Source: Myxococcales bacterium
GTDB lineage: Bacteria > Myxococcota_A > Polyangia > Polyangiales > DASUME01
Reading direction: 5' to 3'
DNA length: 64,000 nt
Assembly: GCA_047601445.1 (NCBI GenBank)
Contig: JASGJH010000001.1
Location: 7,360,001-7,424,000, forward strand
Shown here: one piece after another, positions 19,037 through 28,838 of the stretch
How the letters are laid out: every line of letters begins with the position of its first letter
How positions within the stretch are numbered: position 1 is the first letter of the stretch
Translations under genes and position numbers: made by a program
Notes under the pieces: generated by a model
Databases searched by the model: none
What the model saw: only the letters and a program-made list of their open reading frames with translations
What the model was told of the DNA's origin: nothing

Positions 19037-19468
19037 TTAGCGATATCTCGCGTCGACGGAGCTCGGCAGGCTCTTCAACCAGCCGATGGCCTCGTCTTCT
19101 CTCGCGAAGAGCTTGGTAGGCGTCTCTCGCGTGCCGTACACGGCGAGGAAGAAGTTGCCGAGGATGTTGCCGACGAGCGAGCCTCCCAGCAGCGCCAGCG
19201 CCTGGAAGTCTTTGAGCCCTCCGAAGTACGCCCGCGCCTCGTGATCGATCTCCTTACACTTGCGGATATCGACCAAGATGGCCAGACGTTCACCCTTGGC
19301 GAGCTTCAGCTGCGCCTCGACGTTCTCTTTGGCTCCGGCCAGCGTGCACACGGATCCCTGATTGAATTCGAAGCGCAGGATACCGAGGTCTCTGTCGATC
19401 CAAGTGGACCCGGTGCTCGTCTGCACCTTTTCTATCTCCGGACGGAGCTTTCCCCCCTGCGCCCTCAT
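19037..19468 (-). CDS. Small STAS/SEC14 (SpoIIAA)-like protein
   Basis: Pattern ILVDIRK...IDHEARAYF...ALALL..S.VGNILGNFFL...PTKLF..EDEAIGWL. GGAG RBS. Converges on the IPT-P450 gene. Confidence 0.7.
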   Translation of the reverse strand: MRAQGGKLRPEIEKVQTSTGSTWIDRDLGILRFEFNQGSVCTLAGAKENVEAQLKLAKGERLAILVDIRKCKEIDHEARAYFGGLKDFQALALLGGSLVGNILGNFFLAVYGTRETPTKLFAREDEAIGWLKSLPSSVDARYR

Positions 19469-19688
19469 TCGATCACTCCTTTGCTACCTCCGCGGCCGAG
19501 TCCATGACGCGATGCGTCTGCTGGCCGCATGCCCGAGAAGGCAGCATGTGAGCAATGATGCCTGCCCCCCGATTGCCCCAGCAAGCGGATACTGAGGGGG
19601 AGGGGTGAAAAGCAGGTTAGTGAAAATACACAGGTTATTGGCCAGCCGTGGGTGCGTCATGGGATAGCCCAAACTTGGCAACGATTGA

Positions 19689-20591
19689 CTACGTCCCGGG
19701 CAAGCCGGGCTCCCCCAAGTGACGCAGGCGTGACAGGTCCGCGTGGAAATAGACGCGCTGGATCTTGCCACCGTCGACCTCGAGCAGCAGCGCCGCGAAG
19801 GGCTGGCCGGCCTGCTTGAACACCACCCCTGGCTGCCCGTTGAGCTCGTGATCCTCGATCTGAAGTGAGGCGGCGGTCTTGGCGGTCGTGTGCGCCACGA
19901 AGGCGGCGATGCGCTCGGCTCCCTCCAGTGGGCGCGGCAAGTTGCGCACGCCGTTGGTGGTGCGTCCCTGCTCGCCGCCGTCGGTGATCATCACGGCGTT
20001 GTCGGCCAGCATTTCCACGAGCGCGCGCGTGTCGCCCAGGGTCGCCGCGTCCATGAAGGAGCGCAACAGGCGCAGGTGCTCGGCACGGTCGGTGGGGAGC
20101 GAACGCTTGGTGCTCGCCACCTGCGTGCGGGCGCGCTCGAGGAGCTTGCGGCAGGCGGCCGTGCTCTTGTGGATGAGGTCCGCGATCTCGCTGTGCTCGA
20201 AGTCGAAGACGTCGTGCAAGAGCAGCACGGCTCGCTCGGCTGGGCTCAGGCGCTGCAACATCACCAGGAATGCCATCGAGATCTGCTCGAGGTGTTCGAG
20301 TTCGGAGAGGCTGCTGCGTGCGACATCGACCGGCTCGGGCAGGCGGTCCGAGCGGCTGTGCTCGCGCTGAACCTTGGCGGACTGCAGTTCATTGAGGCAA
20401 AGGCGCGTGACCATGGTGACCAGGTAGGCCTTGGGAGACTCCACCCCCTCGCTGTGCCGCTCCCAACGCAGCCACGCCTCCTGGACGAGGTCTTCGGCGC
20501 GGCCGAGGTCGCCGAGCATGCGATAGGCGAGGGCGATGAGTTCAGGGCGGGCTGCTGCGAACGCAGTGAGGGCCGTAGGGGCCGACGTCAT
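19689..20591 (-). CDS. ECF41/SigJ-type sigma factor with SnoaL-like C-terminal domain
   Basis: Motifs LAYRMLGDLGRAEDLVQEAWLRW, LPEP, AVLLLHDVFDF and TDGG, followed by a SnoaL-like tail. Confidence 0.88.
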   Translation of the reverse strand: MTSAPTALTAFAAARPELIALAYRMLGDLGRAEDLVQEAWLRWERHSEGVESPKAYLVTMVTRLCLNELQSAKVQREHSRSDRLPEPVDVARSSLSELEHLEQISMAFLVMLQRLSPAERAVLLLHDVFDFEHSEIADLIHKSTAACRKLLERARTQVASTKRSLPTDRAEHLRLLRSFMDAATLGDTRALVEMLADNAVMITDGGEQGRTTNGVRNLPRPLEGAERIAAFVAHTTAKTAASLQIEDHELNGQPGVVFKQAGQPFAALLLEVDGGKIQRVYFHADLSRLRHLGEPGLPGT

Positions 20592-20599
20592 GCCCATGA

Positions 20600-20672
20600 G
20601 ACCGGCCAGCACCGGCGAGCGTGACAGGGGCCGACGAAAAAAAGTGGTCACGCAGGTCGGGGTTGTCCGGTC
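20600..20672. promoter_or_regulatory. Pair of divergent ECF41-type promoters, (T/G)GTCACG-N16-GGTC
   Basis: Minus strand: TGTCACG(20626-20620)-N16-GGTC(20603-20600). Plus strand: GGTCACG(20646-20652)-N16-GGTC(20669-20672). Both resemble the ECF41 consensus TGTCACA-N16-CGTC. Confidence 0.75.
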
Positions 20673-20706
20673 TTAAGCGCAGGCGGACCCAAGCGCCTGG
20701 AGCTCA

Positions 20707-21678
20707 ATGATGTTCAAAGCCTCGAGATTGTGCGGCTTGTCGCTCGTGATCACGCTGGTCACTGGCGCCTGCTACCGATTGCCACCTGCCTCACCCTATC
20801 AGGACCAGCTGCCCCAACGATTGTCTGACACGGGGCTGTACGCGCCTGGCCGGGTGAGCGTCGCTTCGGGCGTGCGCCCCTACGAGCCGAACTACGCGCT
20901 GTGGAGCGACGGCTCCGCCAAGCGACGCTGGATCAAGTTGCCCGATGGCTCGCGCATCGACGTGCGCGACATGGACGACTGGCAGTTTCCGGTGGGTACG
21001 AAGCTGTGGAAGGAGTTCTCGCAGGGCGGCGTCCGGGTGGAGACGCGGCTCTTGCAACGGGTGAGCGAGGCCGAAGGCGGCTGGGCTGCTGCGGCCTATG
21101 TGTGGTCGCTCGATCAGCGGGACGCAGTACGCATGGATCAGGGCATGGTCGACGCGCTCGGCACGCCCCACGACGTGCCCTCGGCGCGGGCCTGTGCCGC
21201 CTGCCACGCGGGCCGCGCTTCGTTCGTGCTCGGCTTCTCGGCGGTGCAGCTCTCGCGGGGGGCGCGCGATGCGCAAGACCTCACGCTGGACGTGCTGGTC
21301 GCCGAAGGGGCGCTCTCCGAATCCACGACCTCCCGTGTCGTCCCCGGAGACGCGCAGACCCAACAGGCGCTCGGCTATCTACACGCCAACTGTGGTCACT
21401 GTCATAGCGCGTCGCGTCCACGCACCGCGCGCTCCATGCGTCCGCCGCGCGGACTCGACCTGTTCCTCACCGCGTCGTCCCTGGCACACGTGGAGGACAC
21501 ACCGAGCCATCGCACGCTGCGGGACTACGTCGACGTCGAGCATCCCCACGAGAGTACGCTGCTCTCGCGGATGGCCAAGTCAGGGCTCGTGAAGCGACGC
21601 ATGCCGCCACTCGCCAGCGAGCTGCCCGATCAAGCGGGCATGGAGCTCGTCGCGCGCTTCATCGCCAGCCTGCGCTGA
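20707..21678 (+). CDS. Di-heme c-type cytochrome lipoprotein (SO2930-like)
   Basis: Lipobox TGAC, RLSDTGLY, LWSDGSAKRRWI, FPVGT.LWKEF, heme motifs CAACH and CGHCH, and RMPP. Confidence 0.78.
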   Translation: MMFKASRLCGLSLVITLVTGACYRLPPASPYQDQLPQRLSDTGLYAPGRVSVASGVRPYEPNYALWSDGSAKRRWIKLPDGSRIDVRDMDDWQFPVGTKLWKEFSQGGVRVETRLLQRVSEAEGGWAAAAYVWSLDQRDAVRMDQGMVDALGTPHDVPSARACAACHAGRASFVLGFSAVQLSRGARDAQDLTLDVLVAEGALSESTTSRVVPGDAQTQQALGYLHANCGHCHSASRPRTARSMRPPRGLDLFLTASSLAHVEDTPSHRTLRDYVDVEHPHESTLLSRMAKSGLVKRRMPPLASELPDQAGMELVARFIASLR

Positions 21679-21706
21679 ACGCCTTTCCACTCACACGGAG
21701 GAACCC

Positions 21707-22129
21707 ATGGACCGAAAGACCAAGCTCATCTATTGGATCAGTACATCGATCATCTTCGTGCTCATGTTCGGCAGCGGCCTGACCTTCGCGTTCGCCACCG
21801 AGGCCTTCCAGCGCTTCGGTCTGCCCGATTGGTTTCGCGTCGAGCTCACGGCGGCCAAGTTGATCGGGGCCATGGTGCTGGTGCTGCCGCGCGTGCCCGC
21901 CAAGATCCGCGAGTTTGCCTACTTTGGTTTCGGGCTGACCATCGTGTCGGCCGACATCGCGCATCTCTCGAGCGGAGACACGGCTTGGTACCTGCTGCCG
22001 CACGCGACCTTCTTGGGCCTGCTCTTCACTTCGTACCGCTTGTTTCCGCGGGTGCACGGGGGCGAGTCTCCGGATGCAGCCGCCACCAAGCTTGCGGACG
22101 CTCAGACCATGACTGCGCGGACGGCATGA
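21707..22129 (+). CDS. DoxX family membrane protein
   Basis: Motifs IYWIST, F...GLP.WFRVEL..AKLIG and EFAYFGF; four TM helices. GGAGGA RBS. Confidence 0.85.
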   Translation: MDRKTKLIYWISTSIIFVLMFGSGLTFAFATEAFQRFGLPDWFRVELTAAKLIGAMVLVLPRVPAKIREFAYFGFGLTIVSADIAHLSSGDTAWYLLPHATFLGLLFTSYRLFPRVHGGESPDAAATKLADAQTMTARTA

Positions 22130-22133
22130 GGGG

Positions 22134-24077
22134 TCAGAGCAAGATCACGTCGCCGCAGTAGCGGTTGATGCACTGGGTGGCCTCGCCGCAGCAGTCGCTC
22201 ACGTCGCTGCAGCGCTCGCCGTCCTTGGCGCACTCTTGCTTGGTGGAGCTGCACATGCCGAGCTGGTCCACCGTGAACTCGCCGGCGGGCGGGAAGTTGC
22301 AGTAGCCGCCGCAGCAGTCCGCACCGCTGCGGCATCCGTCGCCGTCTTTCTTGCACGGATCGAGCGCGGTGAAAGCGCGGTGGTTCGAGGTGTCGAAGTC
22401 CTGGCCGGACACGTAGAAGGCGGGGCTGCTCGGGTCGCCGGTGTACTTGCCGTCGGCGGATACCTTGAGTGCGCTGCCCCAGAGCTGACGCTTGAAGCCC
22501 TGGTTGCCGTAGTGGCGCATGGAGTCGAAGAAGATCCAGAAGTAGCCACCCGACGCGACTGGGGACACGGTGGGGTAGTAGGCCTGATGGAGCTCCTCGG
22601 AGCCGAACGGTAGGTAGGTCTTGTTCGAGCTCGCGTCGGCCACCTTATCGAAGCCCATGGCCTTGGCGAGCAGCGTGGCCTGCTTGCTCTTCACGTCGAC
22701 CACGTAGATGTCGCTCTCGGGGCCGCGCGCGATGGCGGCCGAGATGCCCACACCGTTGCCGTCGAAGGCCGAGTCGGAGCCGAGCGCGAACACGGCGCCG
22801 CCGTTGTCGGGCAAGAGGAAGGGCCAACCGGGGTAAAGCGTTGCGTGGCTGTAGATGCTGCGCGCGTTCGCGACCTTGCGGTTCTTGGCGTCGTAGTCCA
22901 TCAACGAGAGGGCGTGGCCGGAGCTTTGTGCATTGTCGTTGAACACCAGCAGGTTTCCGTCGGGGGAGAAGGTGGGCATCATGGCGGTGGTGGGGATGCC
23001 AGAGTTGTTCACTGCGTTGCCGCTGTCCGTCTCGTAGAGTCCAGAGCTGGCCGCCGCTGGCGGGAGCACGCCGCCGTTGAGGAGCGGGCCCACTGTGAGG
23101 CTCGATGCCGAGCTGACGTAGACCGATCCATCGGGTGAGATGCCGACGAAGGAGCCCGACGCGATGCCATGGGAGGGAGCCGGATTGGCCGGCGTCATGG
23201 GCGCGATCTGATACACGGAGCCGGTGCCCGTGATGCCCGTGGCCTCGCTCGCCACCAAACGCGAGCCATTGGCGGAGACCGAGTGACACCCGGTGCACGT
23301 GCCCTGACGTGCGAACTGCGCGGCGTCCTTGCCGGGCTGGATACGCTGGATGGCGCCCCCGCCGCCGAAGCCCCCGCCGGAGGTCTCGTAGCTGTTGTAG
23401 AAGATGGAGCCGCTCAAGGTGGCATTGGCGATCACCAGCTTGCGCGTGAGGGGCCCGCGCGCCGTGTCACCGCTCAGGAAGGAGAGCTCGATGCTGAAAG
23501 GCTCCGCGGGACCCTGGGTGCGCGCGCCCGCTTGCGTCCACACGTTGGCAGGGATTTGGATGCGTCCGTTGGCCGTGGGCTTGAGGCAGCCCTTGTAGTC
23601 GAAGCCCTTGGCGCTGATGTGCAGGTAGATGGCGTCGGCGTTGCTGCCGTCCCACATCATGAGCGGCGCCTTGAGGCCGCGCGGAAAGACGGTGCCTTCG
23701 TACGGATAGAGCACGCGCATGCCCGTGCTGCTGCCACCCGCCATCAACTTGCCGAGCTTGTCGGCCGAGAGGCCGGCGGGATTGTCGGCGCCGCACTGAT
23801 CGACCGCGTAGGGCGCGTCGAGCGGTTGATCGCCGGGCACGTCGGGCTCTGCGTCGCCGTCGCCATCGCCATCGCCGTCGCCCGCTGGATCACCGTCGCC
23901 ATCGCCATCGCCCTTGGCGTCGCCATCGCCGGGGTTGCCTTGGCCGTTGCCTGGCGCGACGGTGCCTTTGGGGTCTCCGCAAGCCGCGCTCGCTAGCGCA
24001 GCCAGCAGTGCAACGAGGAGGCGTGCTCGTGGTGAGCGGAAGCAAGAAGCCGATGTCGAACGAAGCCCTGCGCGCAT
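22134..24077 (-). CDS. TolB-like beta-propeller lipoprotein with GD linker and Cys-rich C-terminus (start uncertain)
   Basis: Lipobox SAAC, GD repeats, YPYEGTVFPRG, CTGCHSVSANG, PTFSPDG, and C-terminal C-x5-CC motifs. Confidence 0.7.
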   Translation of the reverse strand: MRAGLRSTSASCFRSPRARLLVALLAALASAACGDPKGTVAPGNGQGNPGDGDAKGDGDGDGDPAGDGDGDGDGDAEPDVPGDQPLDAPYAVDQCGADNPAGLSADKLGKLMAGGSSTGMRVLYPYEGTVFPRGLKAPLMMWDGSNADAIYLHISAKGFDYKGCLKPTANGRIQIPANVWTQAGARTQGPAEPFSIELSFLSGDTARGPLTRKLVIANATLSGSIFYNSYETSGGGFGGGGAIQRIQPGKDAAQFARQGTCTGCHSVSANGSRLVASEATGITGTGSVYQIAPMTPANPAPSHGIASGSFVGISPDGSVYVSSASSLTVGPLLNGGVLPPAAASSGLYETDSGNAVNNSGIPTTAMMPTFSPDGNLLVFNDNAQSSGHALSLMDYDAKNRKVANARSIYSHATLYPGWPFLLPDNGGAVFALGSDSAFDGNGVGISAAIARGPESDIYVVDVKSKQATLLAKAMGFDKVADASSNKTYLPFGSEELHQAYYPTVSPVASGGYFWIFFDSMRHYGNQGFKRQLWGSALKVSADGKYTGDPSSPAFYVSGQDFDTSNHRAFTALDPCKKDGDGCRSGADCCGGYCNFPPAGEFTVDQLGMCSSTKQECAKDGERCSDVSDCCGEATQCINRYCGDVILL

Positions 24078-24226
24078 GGCGACTCTCCAAGCGAAGACGT
24101 GCAAACCGGCGCGAGCTGCAGGCTCGCCCGCGCAGGACCTTACCCGCAAACCGAGGCCGTCCCTGAAGCTGACGCGTTAGGCCAACTGGTTTGTCGCAGC
24201 CAGCCAAGCACGAAGCCGCCGGCTTT

Positions 24227-25234
24227 TCAGCGGTTCAGCTCGATCATGAGGCCGAGGGTAGTGCGCAGGAAAGGAGACCTGGCTTGAAATAGCAGGCCCG
24301 CATCTTCCACCTCGAAGCGCGGCCGGCGCAGCGGCACGCCGAGGGCGAGCGAGCCCGTGGGCACGACTCTGCCGTAGGGACCAAGGGACAAAGAGAGTCC
24401 GAACAACGAGGCGGCCCATAGGCCCGTATGCGTGGCGGCTTCAGGCAGTCCGGTGCCCCCTCCGTGCTGCGCACCGAGCTCGAGACTCACGCAAGGGGCG
24501 ACCGCGTAGCGTCTGGAGCGCGGCTGCGCGTCGAAGGCAGCCCCGAGCACCGCGTAGCAAGCCTCGAGCTTGGCGGCGACCAATCGGAAGTCGGCTCGAG
24601 CGCCCGGCGCTCCGCCCACCACGTTCACGCGCTCAGGCGTGAAGTAGCTCGCCGACAGCGCTGCCTGGAAGCGACGCGCGCCGATCGCGAGGGCCGCGCC
24701 CCCGGCGAGGCTGGTGCTGGGCAACGAGCCCACATCGAGGCCGAGCAGGGCGCCCAGGCGCACGCTGGTGGCAAGCGGGCGCGAGGCGCGCGCGGGCGCC
24801 TGCGAATCGTCTTGGAGCTCGACAGGGCGCGCGGGCGTCTCGGGCGGAGGGGGAGGCGTAGGCGAGGCCGGTGGGGGTGGACGGGGAGGCTTGGGTTCAG
24901 GCGCATTCTGATCGGACGCCATGCTGATCACGAGCAACACGGCCTCGGTCAGCTCTTCGCAGTCGTGCCCGTAGAGCAGGCGCTGCTCGCGGCCCTCGGC
25001 ATGGTGCAACCGGATGCGTGCACGCAGCTCGCCGTTCGGCGTGTGGTCGATCCAGACCTCGGCGCGCCCTTCGCTCAGAAGGGAAGCTCCCTGGCTGCGC
25101 GCGCGCAGGCGCTCGTCCGCTTCCTGCGCGGACGGACACGTGGAAGGCCCATGCCAGGCAATCGAGAGGTCGGCCCGCGCGCCCGCTACCCAGCCCAGGA
25201 CCCCGATGAAGGCGCACAGCCACTCCCGCGACAT
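24227..25234 (-). CDS. ECF-associated exported protein (CP...C N-domain, Pro linker, beta-rich C-domain), copy 1
   Basis: Signal peptide, W.GP..CP and C.EL.EA..L.I motifs, poly-Pro linker and amphipathic strands. Similar in layout to 31086..32258 and 39155..40072. Confidence 0.7.
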   Translation of the reverse strand: MSREWLCAFIGVLGWVAGARADLSIAWHGPSTCPSAQEADERLRARSQGASLLSEGRAEVWIDHTPNGELRARIRLHHAEGREQRLLYGHDCEELTEAVLLVISMASDQNAPEPKPPRPPPPASPTPPPPPETPARPVELQDDSQAPARASRPLATSVRLGALLGLDVGSLPSTSLAGGAALAIGARRFQAALSASYFTPERVNVVGGAPGARADFRLVAAKLEACYAVLGAAFDAQPRSRRYAVAPCVSLELGAQHGGGTGLPEAATHTGLWAASLFGLSLSLGPYGRVVPTGSLALGVPLRRPRFEVEDAGLLFQARSPFLRTTLGLMIELNR

Positions 25235-25277
25235 GGAGCGCCGAGCATACTCGAGTCACGCTCCGCACAAAGCACTT

Positions 25278-27125
25278 TCACGGCGTTCCTCGCAGCTTGC
25301 TGACCACCATGTCGCGCTCCTTGCCGCCGCCGCTGGTGCTCGCCACTTGTCCTTGACCGTGCAGCCACACGTCGCCTCGTGTGTCGACGCCGAGGCCCCC
25401 GATGAAGGGCCTCTGGCCCCACTCGGGCGTGCGTGCCCAGATGAGCTTTTGATTGGCATCGAGCTTGAGCGCGAAGGGCATGCCGTAGCGGCTATTTCCC
25501 TCGGTCTGCGTGGCGGCGTCGTACGCGAGGGTGACGTCCAGAGCGTCGATCCTCCAGGGGGCGAAATAGCTTCCGCCGAGCGCGAGCGTGCCCTCGGCGT
25601 TGTGATGGAGCAGCTGGATGTAGGGTGAGGCTTCGAAGCCGAGGAAACCCGCATCCACCTCCTTGGGTGTCTGCACCTTGTTCTCCATGAACACGACCTT
25701 CGCGCCACGCGTGCCGTCGATCCCGAATGGTTGGATGCTCCAGCGGTCCGTCGTGGTGTACGTGGTGTCGTCTTCGTCGTAGATTTGCTCGTTGGCGAAG
25801 GCGCCGCTGTGACCGTCCGAGTAGCCGGCCATGGCTTGAATCCAGGCGTCGTCGTTGCTGATGGGGTTGCTCCACATCGGCGTCAGGTCGCTCATCGAGA
25901 CGGCCGTCAGCTTGGCCTCGGTGTTTGCAGGCGGCGCGAACAAACTGCCGAGCAAGTCGAAGCCACCCGAGCCGCCGTCCAGGAACACCAGCCGGTCGTT
26001 GGCACGCGCCAGCTGGTACACGGAGCTGGCCCGCTGACTCACGGAGTTGCCCTGCGCGTCCAGCTTGAGCAAGAAAGGCCGGTACGCCGTGACCGAGAGG
26101 TCGAGGGCACCGCGACCGAAGTCGGTCCAGGCGTGGGCCATGCCCGCCACGTAGAGCTGGCCCACATCGTCCACGACCGCGTCGCTGATCATGCCTCCCG
26201 CCGCCAGGCCTCCACCGATCGCGAAAGCCTTGCGATAGACCTGTTGACCCGCACTCGAGAACTTGTGAATCACTAGCTCGGTGGCGAACGTGGTCGATAG
26301 GGGCACCAGCGGGTTGAAGTTGATGAGAGGGCCCGCCATGGCGGCAACGTACGAATTCCCGGCCTTGTCGACGCTGAGCGCGAGGGGGATCAAGACGTCG
26401 CTCTTGAGGCTCGGGGCCATGACCTTGGTCCAAACCGGCTTGCAATCCTTGTCGTACTTGTGAATGAGCCCGTTGGCTGCGGAGCCCGAACTGACGACAC
26501 CGGCGCCCAAGTCCACGCGTTGACCGAAGGCTGCCATGATCACCACGCCATCGTCCGGGGTTGGCTGCAACGTGGAATGAAAGGCCTGCGACGCAAGCCA
26601 GGGTTGGTTGCTGAGCAGCACGTTGTCGTCGCTCGGGAAGTCGTAGCGATAGCGCACCTCGCACAGCACGGGACTCGCTGGATCACAGGACTTGATGCTC
26701 ACAGTGAGTTGGTCCGTGGCGGTACGTGCACTCGTGAGCTCGGCGCCGGCCTGGGGGACCTCGCTGAGCGTGAGGTCGTAGGTGGTGGTCTCGCCGGGAC
26801 AGACCTGGACCTCCTTGGTGCCGCTCAAGCCAGCGCTCCACGCGAAATGCAGCTCGGAGTCGCTCTCGGGCAGGGCCGCGCGCAGGGTGGTGCATTCACC
26901 CGGGCAGAGCTCGACCTTGTCTGCGCTCAAGGTGACCGCCCAGCCTTGCGACGCGGAGCTCCCATCGCCATCCCCGTCTCCGTCGCCCGGGCCAGGATCG
27001 GGCGTGCCGCTGTCGCCCTCCGTGGTTCGCCTGGTTTGACGGGAGGGGGCCGGATCGCCCGAGCAGGCGCCCAGGAGGAGTCCCAGGATCCACGCGCGAT
27101 GGGGCTTGGCTTTGGCCAAAATCAT
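25278..27125 (-). CDS. Beta-propeller lipoprotein (SBBP-like repeats)
   Basis: Lipobox LGAC, GD linker, and repeated VD..G..YVAG and FLLKLDAQG / FALKLDANQ motifs. Confidence 0.7.
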   Translation of the reverse strand: MILAKAKPHRAWILGLLLGACSGDPAPSRQTRRTTEGDSGTPDPGPGDGDGDGDGSSASQGWAVTLSADKVELCPGECTTLRAALPESDSELHFAWSAGLSGTKEVQVCPGETTTYDLTLSEVPQAGAELTSARTATDQLTVSIKSCDPASPVLCEVRYRYDFPSDDNVLLSNQPWLASQAFHSTLQPTPDDGVVIMAAFGQRVDLGAGVVSSGSAANGLIHKYDKDCKPVWTKVMAPSLKSDVLIPLALSVDKAGNSYVAAMAGPLINFNPLVPLSTTFATELVIHKFSSAGQQVYRKAFAIGGGLAAGGMISDAVVDDVGQLYVAGMAHAWTDFGRGALDLSVTAYRPFLLKLDAQGNSVSQRASSVYQLARANDRLVFLDGGSGGFDLLGSLFAPPANTEAKLTAVSMSDLTPMWSNPISNDDAWIQAMAGYSDGHSGAFANEQIYDEDDTTYTTTDRWSIQPFGIDGTRGAKVVFMENKVQTPKEVDAGFLGFEASPYIQLLHHNAEGTLALGGSYFAPWRIDALDVTLAYDAATQTEGNSRYGMPFALKLDANQKLIWARTPEWGQRPFIGGLGVDTRGDVWLHGQGQVASTSGGGKERDMVVSKLRGTP

Positions 27126-27193
27126 GATGCTTTTCTCCCGATCACCCCAGCACCGAGGACCGTCCGTGCGGTCTGGGCGTGTGTTCTCGGTGG

Positions 27194-27257
27194 ATGTCGG
27201 CTAGGCCTGGGATCCGTTCAGACACGAGGGTGAACGGATCGGGCCGCGTCGCGACAT
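27194..27257. promoter_or_regulatory. Back-to-back divergent ECF promoters TGAACGGATC-N11-CGACAT
   Basis: Plus 27231-27257 reads TGAACGGATCgggccgcgtcgCGACAT. Minus 27220-27194 reads TGAACGGATCccaggcctagcCGACAT. Both elements and the spacing are identical. Confidence 0.75.
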
Positions 27258-27273
27258 TCATGAGCATCCCTGC

Positions 27274-27882
27274 ATGAACCTCACTCGAGCGCTCGAACAT
27301 GGTCACGACGACCCGCGCCAGCCGGTTTCCCAAAGCTCGGCCGCGGCGGCCTGCGAACGCGAGCCTGCCTCCGGGCGGGCTTTCGACGCGCTCTACACGG
27401 CGCACGCAGGCTTCGTGTTCCGGGTGCTGCGCGGCATGGGCGTGCCGGACTCGCTGGCCGACGACGCGATGCAAGACGTCTTTCTGGTGGTGCACCGCCG
27501 GCTACCGGAGTTCGACGGGCGCGCCAAGGTGACCACGTGGTTGTTTCCGATCGCCGTCAACGTGGCCCTCAACTATCGGCGTCGCGCGCGCCGCAGCCAC
27601 GATCAGACGCCCATCAAGGAGAACTTGGAGGCCGACGCGCTGTCGCCCCACGAGGAAGCCGAGGCGGCTCAGAGCTTGAGTCGCCTGCAGGCGGTGCTCG
27701 ACGACCTCGATGACGAGAAGCGCGTCACGTTGTTGCTGGCCGATCTGGAGGGCTGCTCTGCGCCCGAGATCGCCGAGCTCACGCGGACCCCGCTCAACAC
27801 GGTCTACACACGTTTGCGCCGCGCCCGCGCGGCCTTCGTCGCGCGCTGGCTCGCGCGCAAGGGAGATGCCGACCATGGCTGA
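27274..27882 (+). CDS. ECF sigma-70 factor (module 1)
   Basis: Motifs FVFRVLRGMGV...DDAMQDVFLVVHRRL, TTWLF.IA and region 4 APEIAE...PLNTVYTRLRRAR. Confidence 0.9.
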   Translation: MNLTRALEHGHDDPRQPVSQSSAAAACEREPASGRAFDALYTAHAGFVFRVLRGMGVPDSLADDAMQDVFLVVHRRLPEFDGRAKVTTWLFPIAVNVALNYRRRARRSHDQTPIKENLEADALSPHEEAEAAQSLSRLQAVLDDLDDEKRVTLLLADLEGCSAPEIAELTRTPLNTVYTRLRRARAAFVARWLARKGDADHG

Positions 27883-28825
27883 ACTTCCGCACGACGCGCG
27901 CCGCGCCCTGGTGGCCGCCCGCGTTCGCTACACACCGAGTCCGCAGCGCGTTTCGCGCCTGCAGCAACGCATCCAGGCGGCCGTGCTCGCAGGGGCGGCG
28001 CCGAGTGTACCGAGTGAGTTGGCCCACGCGCAGCGCATCGTGGGGCTCGAGGGCCCCTCGCTGTGGCACGCGCGCTTGCTCAACGCAGGCATCGGTATCG
28101 CGACCCTGGGCATGTTGGCGCTGTGCCTGGTGCTCTTTGCGCGGCCTCCTGCGGGCGTGCTCGAGCGTGGAGGATCGAAGTCTCCGAGCGCAGACCCCAC
28201 GGCGCCCGTTGCGGCCACCGTGCACGAGGAGCAGACTGACCCTGGCGTTGTCCCCGCGCACTCTCACGTGGAGGCCGCGCGCGCAGCCGTCCCCCAAGTC
28301 GTGCCGAGCCCGATCGAAGAAAACCCGAAGGTTGTCGAACTGGCGCTGCCCAGGCGCCGTGACGAACGACCGAGGCCGTCGGCGCCTGCTCCAGCACGCT
28401 CGACTTCCAGCGTCCATGGCCAATTCGTTCATCCCACGGTGGAGCTCGACAGCGCGCCGTCCACGGCGACCGACTCGTCGAGTCGAACGGCAGTCATGGC
28501 ATCGACTCCAGCGCAGGCTGGCGATGAGGTCCGGGCCAAACCCGACAGCGGCCTATCGCAAGAAGTGGCCCTGATCGCGGCGGCACGTGGCGCGCTCGAT
28601 CGCGGAGAGGTGGCGCGCGCTGCCAGCCTGTTGCGAGATCACGTGCAGCGCTTCCCCGCGGGCCAACTGGTGAGCGAACGACTCGCGCTCGAGGTACGCG
28701 TTCATTGTGCACTGGGCGAGGGTGCCGCGGCGCGCAAGGCGCTGGAGGAGCTCTCTCTGTGGGCACCCAACTCGGCGCTCAGACGTACGCTGGAGCGCGC
28801 TTGCGGTGACATGCTCTCGCCATGA
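27875..28825 (+). CDS. Putative anti-sigma factor (single TM, Pro/Ser linker, C-terminal TPR-like helices), module 1
   Basis: Overlaps the end of the sigma gene. TM segment IGIATLGMLALCLVLF; C-terminal LSQEVALIAAAR.AL.RG...H..RFP.G.L..ER. Confidence 0.72.
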   Translation: MAELPHDARRALVAARVRYTPSPQRVSRLQQRIQAAVLAGAAPSVPSELAHAQRIVGLEGPSLWHARLLNAGIGIATLGMLALCLVLFARPPAGVLERGGSKSPSADPTAPVAATVHEEQTDPGVVPAHSHVEAARAAVPQVVPSPIEENPKVVELALPRRRDERPRPSAPAPARSTSSVHGQFVHPTVELDSAPSTATDSSSRTAVMASTPAQAGDEVRAKPDSGLSQEVALIAAARGALDRGEVARAASLLRDHVQRFPAGQLVSERLALEVRVHCALGEGAAARKALEELSLWAPNSALRRTLERACGDMLSP

Positions 28826-28838
28826 CGAGGCGATACGC

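Noticed and set aside
13680..19690. Mobile element boundaries around the cytokinin locus
   Set aside because: I found no integrase, transposase, tRNA or flanking direct repeats. Horizontal origin remains only an impression from composition.
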